Assembly (NCBI GenBank): GCA_047602405.1
Contig: JASGHJ010000001.1
Span: 160,001-224,000, forward strand
Source of the DNA: Anaeromyxobacteraceae bacterium
Lineage (GTDB): Bacteria; Myxococcota; Myxococcia; Myxococcales; Anaeromyxobacteraceae
Length of the DNA: 64,000 bases
Direction: 5' to 3'
Shown here: piece after piece, positions 1-9,460 of the stretch
How positions within the stretch are numbered: the first letter of the stretch is position 1
Layout of the letters: every line of letters begins with the position of its first letter
The notes under the pieces: model-generated
The model's database searches: none
Told to the model about the DNA's origin: nothing
The model's input: the letters and a program-made list of their open reading frames with translations, nothing else
Translations under genes and position numbers: made by a program

Positions 1-369
1 GTCTCGCTGCGCGCGGGCGGCAGCGGCCTCAACCTCACCGGCGCCGATTACGTCGTGCACCTCAATCCGTGGTGGAACCCCGCCGTCGAGGATCAGGCCA
101 CCGACCGGGCGCACCGCATCGGCCAGACCCGGCCGGTCACCGTGCTGCGCCTCGTCTCGAGAGACACCATCGAGGAGAAGGTCCGCGCGCTGCAGGAGAA
201 GAAGCGCCGCCTCGTCGACGGCGTGCTCGAGGGGATGGGCGCGGCGAGCCGGCTCTCGCTCGAGGAGCTCGAGGCGCTCGTCATGGACCCGCCGCGGCCG
301 GGGCCGCCGCGGGGACCTCCTGGGGAGGAGGTGGAAAGCCCGCGAGCGGGATCTCCTTCAGGTGCGTGA
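1..369 (+). CDS. SNF2/SWI2 family helicase, C-terminal fragment (5' end outside window)
   Basis: Frame +1 from base 1 reads VSLRAGGSGLNLTGADYVVHLNPWWNPAVEDQATDRAHRIGQTRPV, the SNF2 helicase motifs V/VI. Confidence 0.93.
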   Translation, partial: VSLRAGGSGLNLTGADYVVHLNPWWNPAVEDQATDRAHRIGQTRPVTVLRLVSRDTIEEKVRALQEKKRRLVDGVLEGMGAASRLSLEELEALVMDPPRPGPPRGPPGEEVESPRAGSPSGA

Positions 370-2091
370 TCTTGAGCTCGGCGAACCGCCGCCCAGTCCG
401 CGGCTGCAGGAGCCGGAAGTACTCGGTCGCCTCCGGCGCGTTGAGCGCGTCGCAGGCGCGCAGGAGCTCCGCCTCGCTCATCGGCGCCTTCGGCACGAGC
501 AGGAAGAAGTTGTTCGAGCACCAGCGCCCCTCGAGATCCGGCGCCGCGAGCACGTGGTCGCCGGTCCGGCGCACGAGCAGCTTCGGCCGCTCGTACAGCG
601 CGGGGTCGCCGAGGTTGAGGTAGTCGCCCGCCGCCGCGTCGAAGCGCGAGGGGTCGAGCTGGATCCACCGGCCCCCCCAGGCGAGCCGGCCCGCGGCGAT
701 CTCGCCGCGGCCGAAGATGAGCGGGCGGCAGCGCGGCCCGTCCGGCCGCGCGAGGAACAGCCGCGCCCGCACGTTGCCCGAGTGGACGCCCTCGCGGATC
801 GTGAAGAGCGCCCCGCCGGCGCGCCGAGCCCACGGAGCGCCGCGAGCCGCGCCTCGACCGCGGGCGAGAGGCCCAGGTTGAACCGGTGCTCCCGGTTCTC
901 CGCGAACACCCGCTGCCGGATGAGCGCCGAGGGGCTCCTCGCCGGCCCGCCCTCGCCCACCTCCGGCACGCACCGCACGGCGTGCTCCGGCCCGGGCGGC
1001 CCGACCTGCGCGACCACCGTGCAGGCGTCGAGCCCGACTCCCCGGAACGCGAGCCCCCAGTGCGCGAGCTCCTCGAGCGCCGTCTCCTCCACGAGGAACC
1101 GCCGCACGCCCGGGTAGGCCTTGAGGAGCAGGATGTCCGGCAGGACGAGCCCGACCCGGCCGCCCGGCCGCACGAGCCGCACCGCGAGCTCCGTGAACGG
1201 CACCGAGCTGTCGAGCTTGCCGCTCCGCGCGGCCACGTACCGCGCGCGCACCGCCGCCGACGCGCGCGCGCCGAGCGCCGCGCCCCAGGGTGGGTTCGCG
1301 ACCGCGACGTCGAAGCGCGCCGGGCCCCACGCGACGCCGAGCAGCGACTCGCCGGCCCGCACGTGGCCCTCCGCCGGCGCGGCGCCACCCGCCGCGAGCC
1401 AGAGCCCCGCGCGGCAGAGGTCCGCCGCGAGCGGGTCCACGTCCACGCCGAACACGCAGCGCCGCACCACGTCCCGCAGCGCCCGCCGCGCGGCCGCCGC
1501 CGGGACGGCGCCCTTCGCCGGCCGGGCCCCGTCGCCGCCCGCCCGCGCCTGCGCGACGTGCCCCGCGAGCTGGCGCGCCGCCTCGAGCAGGAGGTGCCCC
1601 GCCCCGCACGCGGGATCCACGACGGTGAGCCCGAGCAGCGCCCGGTCCGGCCGCGCCGGCCGGGCGGCGAGGACCTCCGCCACCACCGGCGCGAGGGCCC
1701 GCTCGACGACCGCCCGCGCGACCGCGGCCGGCGTGTAGAAGGTCCCGCGCCGCCGCCGCACCCCGCGCGTGCCGCCGAGCGCCAGGCGCAGGTCGCCGAG
1801 GTGCTCCGGCGTGACCACCGCCCAGTCCACGGCGGCCGAGGCGAGCGCGCGCTCCACCCGCGCCGCGCCCGGGCGCGCCGACGGCGGCAGGACCGCCCGC
1901 GGCCAGGGCAACCCCGCGACCGGGATCCCCCGCGCCGCCGCGGCGAGCCGGAGCGCGACCCCGAAGGCGTGGCGCACGAGCGCCGCCCGCGCGCGGCCGC
2001 GACCGGCGCCACGCAGCGCCCCCTCGAACGCGCCGGCGAGCGCCGCCGCTCCGGCTGCGGGCTCTCGGGTGGGTGCTGGCCGGCGCGCCAT
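281..2091 (-). CDS. N6-adenine DNA methyltransferase, TaqI/Eco57I-like, with C-terminal target-recognition domain; frameshift at ~811-814
   Basis: GTFYTP, DPACGAGHLL (motif I) and NPPW (motif IV) in ORF 478..2091. TaqI_C-like tail (REGVHSGN...PKLLVRRT...FAELKITHLKEIP) lies in another frame, joined by one missing G in a G run. Confidence 0.85.
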
Positions 2092-2240
2092 GCCGCGATC
2101 GTACCCGATGTCCGCGCGCCCGCCTCCTCGGCCGCCTCCCCGTGACCGTCCTACCCGCCGGCCGGCACGGTGGACATCTGAGGATGACGCCGCTTCGGCC
2201 GAAGCCGGCTTCCACGCTCATCGAAGGGAGCACCCCGCAC

Positions 2241-2714
2241 ATGAGGATCCCCGCAGCCCTCGGCGCCGCCGCCGCGCTCGCCCTCGCCGCCTGTGGCGAC
2301 GGCAACAACAACGACAAGAAGAACCAGCTCGACACGGCCATGTCCGGCACCTGGGCGGGCACCGCCACGCTGACCATCGAGGGCGTCGCGACCCCCACGA
2401 GCTTCCCCGGCGAGCTCGACGTGGCCGTGAGCGGCGACCAGGCCACCGTCTCGAAGCTCTGCCTCGACGCCGCGGCCTCGGGCTCGGTCGTCGCGAAGGG
2501 CGACGGCAGCGCCGCGAGCTGGAACGGCACCCAGGCGTGCCCCGCGATCGACTTCGAGGACTGCACCGGCGTCGTCATGACCTTCAAGACCGTGAACCTC
2601 GCGCTCGCCGGCACGACGCTCACCGCCACCGGCACCGGCACCGCCGAGGGTTGCAGCCTCACGAAGGGCTTCACGATCACCCTCACGGGCACGAAGGCCG
2701 GAAACCCACAGTGA
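2241..2714 (+). CDS. Predicted lipoprotein, unknown function
   Basis: GGAG RBS; signal peptide with lipobox LAAC; beta-rich mature part with 4 further Cys. Confidence 0.8.
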   Translation: MRIPAALGAAAALALAACGDGNNNDKKNQLDTAMSGTWAGTATLTIEGVATPTSFPGELDVAVSGDQATVSKLCLDAAASGSVVAKGDGSAASWNGTQACPAIDFEDCTGVVMTFKTVNLALAGTTLTATGTGTAEGCSLTKGFTITLTGTKAGNPQ

Positions 2715-3178
2715 CGCGCGCGCTCCTCGCGGTGGCGCTCGCCGTGGCCGGCTGCGGGCCCGGCACGACGCAGCCCTCCACGCCCCCGTCCGATCCAGGG
2801 CCGCTCGCCTCCGGGCTCGCGGGCGACTGGGCCGGCACGGGGTCCCTCACGGTGCCCGGCGTCGACGCGACCGCCCGGGACGGCGCCTTCAGCGTCGCGC
2901 TCGACGGCCGCACGGCGACGCTCACCGGCGCCTGCCTCGACGGGTCGGGGACCGTGGCCCTCGAGGGCGGCGGCGTGAACGCCGCCTGGCACGGCACGCA
3001 GCGCTGCCCGGACGCCGCGGTCGCCGACTGCGCCACGGTGACGGTGACGCTCACCGACGCCTACCTGACCCTCGCGGACGGCAAGGCGTACCAGGCCACC
3101 TACGGCGACGTCGGCGGCTGCGGTCGGTCCCGCAGGTTCGTCCAGCAGCTCGTCGGCACGCGCGCGACGCCGCCCTGA
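2711..3178 (+). CDS. Predicted lipoprotein, paralog of upstream gene
   Basis: GTGA overlap with upstream stop; lipobox VAGC; aligns by eye with 2241..2714 (WAGT, CLD, W.GTQ.CP, DC, GC). Confidence 0.78.
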   Translation: MTRALLAVALAVAGCGPGTTQPSTPPSDPGPLASGLAGDWAGTGSLTVPGVDATARDGAFSVALDGRTATLTGACLDGSGTVALEGGGVNAAWHGTQRCPDAAVADCATVTVTLTDAYLTLADGKAYQATYGDVGGCGRSRRFVQQLVGTRATPP

Positions 3179-3333
3179 GCGGGCCGGGCGTGTCCGTGCC
3201 GGTGCGATCCTCCGCTCATCCGTGAGAGAGGAGACGCCGACGCCGACCCGTTCTTCGACGAGCTCGAGACGGAGCGGCCGCGGGCGCTTGCCTGAGGTGG
3301 GACGGGCTGCCGGTGCCGTATCATCGGGGGACC

Positions 3334-3969
3334 ATGGCAAACGAGCGGATCACCCCGCGCTTCCTCCTGGCGCTCGAGGCCGCGCACGCGCTCCACGCGG
3401 CCCAGCGGCGCAAGGGCACCGACATCCCGTACCTCACCCACCTCATGAACGTCGCGTCGCTCGTCCTGCAGTTCGGCGGCGACGAGGACCAGGCCATCGC
3501 GGGCCTGCTCCACGACGCGGCGGAGGACCAGGGCGGGCGGCCCACGCTCGAGAAGGTCCGGCTCGCGTTCGGCGACCGCGTCGCCGCCATCGTGGACGGC
3601 TGCACCGACGCCTGGACGGAGCCGAAGCCGCCGTGGCGCGCGCGCAAGGAGGCCTACGTCGCGAGCCTCGCGAAGAAGCCCGCCGAGGTGCTCCTCGTCT
3701 CCGCCGCCGACAAGCTCGACAACGCCCGCGCGATCAACGCCGATCTGCGCGTGCACGGCGAGGCGCTGTGGGAGCGCTTCAGCGGCGGGAAGCAGTCGCT
3801 CTGGTACTACGACGCGCTCGCGAGGGCCTACGTGGAGCGCGGCGTCGGCCCGCTCGCGATCGTGCTCGACGCGGCGGTGGCGGAGATGCACGCGCTCGCC
3901 GGGGAAGCGCTGCCTCGCCCCCGTTCGCCCCGAGACCTCATGGACGGACACGTCCACCGGGGGGCATGA
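3334..3969 (+). CDS. HD-domain protein, Mesh1-like small alarmone hydrolase family; 3' end likely extends into the IS110 left end
   Basis: HAAQRRKGTDIPYLTHL, LLHDAAED, SAADKLDNAR motifs of the RelA/SpoT HD (Mesh1) domain. Confidence 0.85.
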   Translation: MANERITPRFLLALEAAHALHAAQRRKGTDIPYLTHLMNVASLVLQFGGDEDQAIAGLLHDAAEDQGGRPTLEKVRLAFGDRVAAIVDGCTDAWTEPKPPWRARKEAYVASLAKKPAEVLLVSAADKLDNARAINADLRVHGEALWERFSGGKQSLWYYDALARAYVERGVGPLAIVLDAAVAEMHALAGEALPRPRSPRDLMDGHVHRGA

Positions 3970-5488
3970 AATGCCTGCCGTTGGTTGAGCGCGCGGGCGG
4001 TCCCGGTGTAGCGATCGACCTCGGAGGTGGTCGCTCAGAAGGCCGTTGCTACGTTCGGCGGTCCTGCCAGGAACCCCGTCCCCGAGACCGGCCCGCGCTG
4101 CGAATGGGTACCACGGTGTGCCGTACCTGGGCAGATGCATGCCTGGGAAGGGCGTGAAGCAGTGTCCTAGAAGCTACCCCGCGGCGCAGCGACCGCCTCC
4201 TTCCCCGGAGGTGGTCATGGAAGGAATCGTTGTCGATCGTGTCTGTGGACTCGACGTTCACAAGGAGCAAGTGACGGCCTGCGTGCTGCTGGGAGAGGGC
4301 TCCAGGCTGCGCAAGTTCGTGAGGGAGTTCTCGACGTTCACGTGCGACTTGCTGGCGCTCGTGGAGTGGCTGCGCGAGGAGCACGTCACGCACGTGGCCA
4401 TGGAGAGCACGGGCGTCTACTGGAAGCCCGTTTACGCGGTGCTGGAGTCGGCGGGCGAGCTCGAGCTCGTCGTTGGCAACGCGCAGCACATGAAGAACGT
4501 CCCAGGCCGCAAGACGGACGTGAAGGACTCGGAGTGGATCGCCCGACTCGTGAGGATGGGGCTGATCCGCAAGAGCTACGTGCCGCCGCTCTACCTTCGC
4601 GACCTACGGGACCTCGTTCGGTACCGACGCTCGGTCGTCCAGGCCCGGACGTCCGAGCGCAATCGACTACAGAAGGTCCTCGAGACCGCGAACGTGAAGC
4701 TCGCAAGCGTTGCCTCGGATGTCTTTGGCAAGTCTGGCATGGCGATGCTGCGAGCGATGGCCGATGGCGAATCCGACCCGCGCAACCTCGCGAAGCTCGC
4801 CGAAGGGCTCCTACGTAAGAAGATCCCCGAGCTCGAGGCCGCCCTCGACGGCCGGCTCCGCGACCACCACCGGTACATGTTGCGGCTACAGCTCGACCGG
4901 CTCGACGCTGCTGACCGCGACGTCGACACGCTAGAGAGGGAGATCGAGCGCCGACTCGAGCCCTATCGCGAGCAGGTCAAGCTGCTTTCGACGATTCCGG
5001 GCGTGAAGGTCCAGACCAGCGCGTCACTTCTCGCTGAGATCGGCCCCGACATGTCCGTCTTCGGCGGCCCGCGCCACCTGGCGAGTTGGGCTGGCGTCTG
5101 CCCCGGGAACGACGAATCGGCCGGGAAGCGGCGCTCCGGGCGTTCGCGGAAGGGGAACGTTCACCTCCGGTCGACCCTGGTCGAGGCTGCCGGCGCAGCC
5201 ATCCGCACCAAGAAGACCTACCTGCGAGACAAGTACTTCCGCCTCAAGGCCCGCCGAGGACACAAGCGAGCCACCTTCGCCATCGCCCACAAGATCCTCA
5301 ACGCCGCCTATGAGAATCCTCACGAAACACGTACCGTACGAGGACCTCGGGGACACCTACCTCGACCGGGTCGACGAAAAGCGCGTCGCCAAGAACCTCG
5401 TTCGCCGCCTTGAGCGCCTCGGCTATAGCGTGACCGTCACCTCACAGACACCCGAGGCGGTCACCTCCTAACCCCGGCATTTCGAAGC
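3909..5488 (+). mobile_element. IS110-family insertion sequence (left boundary uncertain, ~3909-3930)
   Basis: IS110 recombinase, ~300 bp non-coding left end, very short right end, codon usage differing from flanks, GAAGC at 3904-3908 and 5484-5488. Confidence 0.85.
4217..5471 (+). CDS. IS110 family transposase/recombinase (DEDD + Tnp20); +1 frameshift at ~5315
   Basis: CGLDVHK, AMESTGVYWKP, GRKTDVKDSEW, GNDESAGK motifs. Removing one A at ~5315 restores the typical tail YEDLGDTYLD...NLVRRLERLGYSVTV ending TAA 5469-5471. Confidence 0.92.
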
Positions 5489-5537
5489 AGCGTAGGGTCC
5501 GCGGAGCGGGCCTGAAGGCGAGGGGCGGCAGCGGCGA

Positions 5538-5559
5538 TGTCAGACCCTGGACATATGTT
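5538..5559 (+). promoter_or_regulatory. PafBC/RecA-NDp-like DNA-damage promoter motif TGTCAG-N10-TATGTT
   Basis: Same architecture as the mycobacterial TGTCGG-N10-TAnnnT motif; second copy at 50180-50201. Confidence 0.5.
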
Positions 5560-5594
5560 CAGCCTGTCTCGCTGAACCGCCAGGAGCTGACCCC

Positions 5595-6146
5595 ATGCCC
5601 ACCCCCGCCCTCATCGACGTCTCCAGCTACACCGCGCCTCCGACACCCCGCCCCCACTCCGCGAGCCGCCTCGCCCTCCTCCTCTCCCGCTCCGACGCGG
5701 GCGGGGCGCCGGGCAGCGTCTCCCCTGCCGTCCTCGCCGAGGCCCGCGCCCTCGGCATGGCCACAACCGCGGCGCTCGTGAACGTGCTCCTCGCGGGCGC
5801 GCTCCGGGTCCCGCAGCGCGACCGCTCCGGCGAGGCCGCCTGCGACCTCGCCGGCGCCCTCCACCTCGAGACCACCCTGCCCCGCCTCCTCGCGCTGGTG
5901 GACGTGGGCCGCACGCCGCTCTCGCTCTACCGGGCCGCGGTGCGGGCGATCGGCCGCATGGGCCCGGCCGCGCTGGGGCCCGTCGGCGAGGCCGTCGAGG
6001 AGGCCCGGGCCCGGGTCGAGGCCCACCGCGGCGAGGGCGAGGAGCGCGCGTTCTCCTCGGCCGTGGCCCGCCTGGGCCGCCACCTCGAGGCCGCCGCCGC
6101 CGTGAACGCCGCGCTGCGGGAAGCGGGGCCGTCCGTCGCCGCGTAG
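5595..6146 (+). CDS. Hypothetical alpha-helical protein (possibly HEAT-like)
   Basis: CAGGAG RBS, high GC3, co-oriented ahead of the addB-like gene. Confidence 0.7.
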   Translation: MPTPALIDVSSYTAPPTPRPHSASRLALLLSRSDAGGAPGSVSPAVLAEARALGMATTAALVNVLLAGALRVPQRDRSGEAACDLAGALHLETTLPRLLALVDVGRTPLSLYRAAVRAIGRMGPAALGPVGEAVEEARARVEAHRGEGEERAFSSAVARLGRHLEAAAAVNAALREAGPSVAA

Positions 6147-6211
6147 GTAGAAGGAACAGGCTCACCTGGGTCAAGGCGGGGATGTCCGCCCCGTCGGTAG
6201 AGTGCTCCCCG

Positions 6212-9200
6212 GTGCCGCTCGTTCTCTTCGACACGCTCGACGATCTCGCCGCCGCGGGGCGGGCGCTCCCCGCCGGGGGGGCCCTGCCGGCGCGCACGGT
6301 GCTCGTGCGCTCCGAGCGGCAGGCCCACGCGCTCCGGGTCTGCCTCGCGCCCGCCCCGGCCGCGCTCGCCGGCACCCGCTTCGTCGGTCCGCTCGCGGCC
6401 GCCGAGGACGTCCTGCACGCCGCCGGCGTCGCGTTCGCGACCGGCGAGTCCGCGCTGCGCCCGTCCCGGCTCGCCCGGCTCTTCTCCTCCGGCCCGGCGC
6501 TCCGGCACTTCAGGGCCGCCGAGCTCGCCGCGACGCCCGGCTGGGACGACGCCTTCTCCTCGGCGCTCCACGCGCTCGAGAACGCCGGGCTGCGCCCGGA
6601 CGACCTCCCCGCCACGCCGCCCGCGCTCGCCGACCTCGCCGCGCTCTGGCGCGCCGCCGACGATGAGGCCGGCGCGTCCTTCACCGGCGCCCGGCTCTAC
6701 GCCGAGGCCGCCGCCGCGCTCGAGCGGAACCCCGCGCTCTGGCCCTTCCCCGGCGCGGTCCTCGCGCCGGTCGACGGCCACGAGCCCGCGGTGCTCGCCC
6801 GCTTCCTGCGCGCCGTGCCCGGCGCCACGCTCGCGCTCCGCCGGGCGCGCCCCGCCCGCGCGCGCTGGGTCGCCGGCGTCGAGGCCCGCTTCGGCGCGGA
6901 GGCCGGGGCGCTCGCCGCCGCGAGGCCTGCCGCCGCGGCGAGGCCCTCGACCGAGCTCGCCCGCCTGCAGGCGCTCCTCTTCCTCGAGGACCCCTCCGCG
7001 GCCGACGCGCTCGGCGCGGGCCGCGGCCCCGACGGCCCGGGCGCCGCGAGCTCCGTCACGCTCGAGGAGCACGCCGGCGTGGAGTCCGAGCTCGACGCCG
7101 CCGCGGCCTGGGCCGCGCGCGAGGTCCTCGAGCACCGCACGCCGCTCGCGCGCATCGCGGTGCTCGTGCCGGTGCTCGACCCGCTCGCCGGGCTCGTCGC
7201 CGACCGGCTCGAGCGGCTCGGCCTCGCCGCGCACGTGGCGGGCGCGGTCCCCGCGGTTTCGACGAGCGGCGGCGCGCGCCTCCTCGCGGTCGTGCGCGCG
7301 CTCCGGCGGCGCCTGCCCGCGCCCGAGCTCGCCGCGGTCTTGCCGTACCTCCGCATCGAGGAGCCCGCGTCGCTGGACCCCGGCGAGCTCCCGCGCGGCC
7401 ACCTCTCCCACGGCGACGCCCTCGCGCTCGCCTTCTCGCTCGGCACCGCCGGCGGCAGCCCCGCGCGCCCGGACGGCGCGCTCACCTGGACGGTCCGCGC
7501 GCAGGAGCGGCTCGGCGAGCTCGGTCGCGCCCTCGAGGCCGCGAAGCAGTCCGCCGGCTCCGACGAGCGCGAGGCCTGGCGGCTCGAGGCCACGCTCGGC
7601 GACCTCCGCGCCGTCCGCGGCGCGCTCGACGCGCTCGTCGGCGTCGCGCGCGCCGTCCACGCGAACGCGCCGCTCGACGCCGTCGCCGGGGCGCTCCTCG
7701 GCTTCGCGGCGGACGCGCTCCTCCTCCCCGGCGGCAAGGAGCGCCTCCTCGGCCCCCTCGCCGCCGCCCTCGCGCCCGCGCGCGCCTCCTCGCTCGGCGA
7801 GGCGCTCCGCGGCCCCGACGCGCTCGCCGCCATCGAGACCGCGCTCCTCGGCCTGCGCGTGGGCCGCGGCCGGTTCGGCGAGCCCGCCGTGTACGTCGGC
7901 ACCGTCGCCGGAGCGGCCGGGCTGTCGTTCGACGCGGTCCGCGTGATCGGCCTCGCCGAGGGCAGCATCCCGTCGGCGCCGCGCGAGGACCCGGTGCTGC
8001 CCGCGCCGGTGCGCGACGCCCTCGCGGCGAAGGCGCTCCTCCGCGCGCCGGAGGACGCCGTCCTCGCCCAGCTCCACGCGCTCCACGCGGTCGTCGCCGG
8101 CACCCGCCGCCGGCTCGTGCTCTCCGCGCCGCGCGTCGACCTCGCCCGCACCGAGCGCGAGCCCGCCGCGCTCTTCGTCGAGGTCGCCGCCGCGCTCGGC
8201 CGCCCGGACCAGGCGACCGGCGAGGCCGCCCCGCGGGTGCCGGACTCGCAGGCCCTCCGCCGCGACGCCTTCGACCCCGCGCGCCGCGACGCGGCCGCCT
8301 TCCGCCGCGCGAACCCGGTCGGCGAGGCCGCCTGGCTCGCCCGCGTCGCAGGCGGCGAGCGGGGGCTGCCGCCGCGGTGGACCGCGACGCCCACGTTCGA
8401 TCCGGCCCGGGCCGCCGCGCTGCTCCGCAGCGACGGCCCGCTCGGCGCGCGCGACGGCATCCTCGCCGAGGGCGGCCCGTTCCCGGTCGTGCCCGGCCTC
8501 GGCGCGGCGAAGCCCATCAGCGCCTCCGCGCTCAACGACCTCCTCGCCTGCCCCCGGCGGTTCCTCATGTCGCGCGTGCTCGGCTGGAAGGAGCCCGCCG
8601 GGACGCCCGAGCTCCGCGAGCTCGACGCGCTCTCGTTCGGCACGCTCGTCCACCGCGTGCACGAGCTCCTCTACCGCGAGCAGGGCCAGGCCATCGTCGG
8701 CGGCAAGGCGAAGGCGCCCGAGGTGCTCGCCCGCGCCCGCGCCATCGCCGACCGCGCGTTCGACGACCTCCTCCTGGAGTTCCCGCTCCTCGGCGCGAAG
8801 GTCCGCGAGAAGCAGCGGGAGCGCCTCCACGACGCCGTCGCCGAGTTCGTCGAGCACGACCTCCGGCGCTGGAAGCGCGCCGCCGCCGGGAAGCAGCCCG
8901 GCCGCTTCGTCGACGTCGAGCGCGGCTTCGGCACCGGCGCCACGCCGCTCCCGCTCGCCGCGGGCGGGCGCACCCTCCACGTGCACGGCTTCATCGACCG
9001 GCTCGACGCCACGCCCGACCGCACCGTCGTCCGCGACCTCAAGAGCGGCCGCCCGTACCTGCGCCAGGCCGGTGAGGCACCCGATCCCGGCCGCGACGTC
9101 CAGCTCGGCCTCTACCAGCGCGTCGCGCGGGAGCTCGCCGGCGCGTGGGGCCTCCCCGACGACGTGGAGGGCGCGTACGTCTTCGCGAACGGCCGCGGCG

Positions 9201-9460
9201 CCGCGCAGGAGCGCGCGTTCGCCGGCGACGACGCCGGCCTCCTCGCGGAGGCCACCGAGCGCTGGCTCGCGCTCGCGGGTGGGCTCCTCGAGACCCACCG
9301 GTTCCCCGCGACGCCGGAGGAGGGCGACTGCGGCTACTGCCCCTTCGCGCCGCTCTGCGGCAGCGAGGAGCCGGGCCGCGCCGGCCGCGGCCTGGCGGCG
9401 GCGCCGGACGATCCGATCCTCGCCGGCTTCCTCGCGCTCAAGCTGGGAGACGACGCGTGA
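6212..9460 (+). CDS. AddB-like protein: degenerate helicase scaffold plus PD-(D/E)XK nuclease with 4-Cys Fe-S staple (alternative start 6182)
   Basis: ISASALNDLLACPRRF, GFIDRLD, VRDLKSG, QLGLY, CGYCPFAPLC; GTGA overlap with the next gene. Confidence 0.82.
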   Translation: MPLVLFDTLDDLAAAGRALPAGGALPARTVLVRSERQAHALRVCLAPAPAALAGTRFVGPLAAAEDVLHAAGVAFATGESALRPSRLARLFSSGPALRHFRAAELAATPGWDDAFSSALHALENAGLRPDDLPATPPALADLAALWRAADDEAGASFTGARLYAEAAAALERNPALWPFPGAVLAPVDGHEPAVLARFLRAVPGATLALRRARPARARWVAGVEARFGAEAGALAAARPAAAARPSTELARLQALLFLEDPSAADALGAGRGPDGPGAASSVTLEEHAGVESELDAAAAWAAREVLEHRTPLARIAVLVPVLDPLAGLVADRLERLGLAAHVAGAVPAVSTSGGARLLAVVRALRRRLPAPELAAVLPYLRIEEPASLDPGELPRGHLSHGDALALAFSLGTAGGSPARPDGALTWTVRAQERLGELGRALEAAKQSAGSDEREAWRLEATLGDLRAVRGALDALVGVARAVHANAPLDAVAGALLGFAADALLLPGGKERLLGPLAAALAPARASSLGEALRGPDALAAIETALLGLRVGRGRFGEPAVYVGTVAGAAGLSFDAVRVIGLAEGSIPSAPREDPVLPAPVRDALAAKALLRAPEDAVLAQLHALHAVVAGTRRRLVLSAPRVDLARTEREPAALFVEVAAALGRPDQATGEAAPRVPDSQALRRDAFDPARRDAAAFRRANPVGEAAWLARVAGGERGLPPRWTATPTFDPARAAALLRSDGPLGARDGILAEGGPFPVVPGLGAAKPISASALNDLLACPRRFLMSRVLGWKEPAGTPELRELDALSFGTLVHRVHELLYREQGQAIVGGKAKAPEVLARARAIADRAFDDLLLEFPLLGAKVREKQRERLHDAVAEFVEHDLRRWKRAAAGKQPGRFVDVERGFGTGATPLPLAAGGRTLHVHGFIDRLDATPDRTVVRDLKSGRPYLRQAGEAPDPGRDVQLGLYQRVARELAGAWGLPDDVEGAYVFANGRGAAQERAFAGDDAGLLAEATERWLALAGGLLETHRFPATPEEGDCGYCPFAPLCGSEEPGRAGRGLAAAPDDPILAGFLALKLGDDA

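Noticed and set aside
3200..3295. Short coding-like stretch (DADADPFFDELETERPRALA-stop)
   Set aside because: No start codon or RBS, and too short to assign.
5305..5320. Programmed frameshift in the IS110 recombinase
   Set aside because: No slippery heptamer, IS110 is not known to use one, and similar single-base indels occur across the window.
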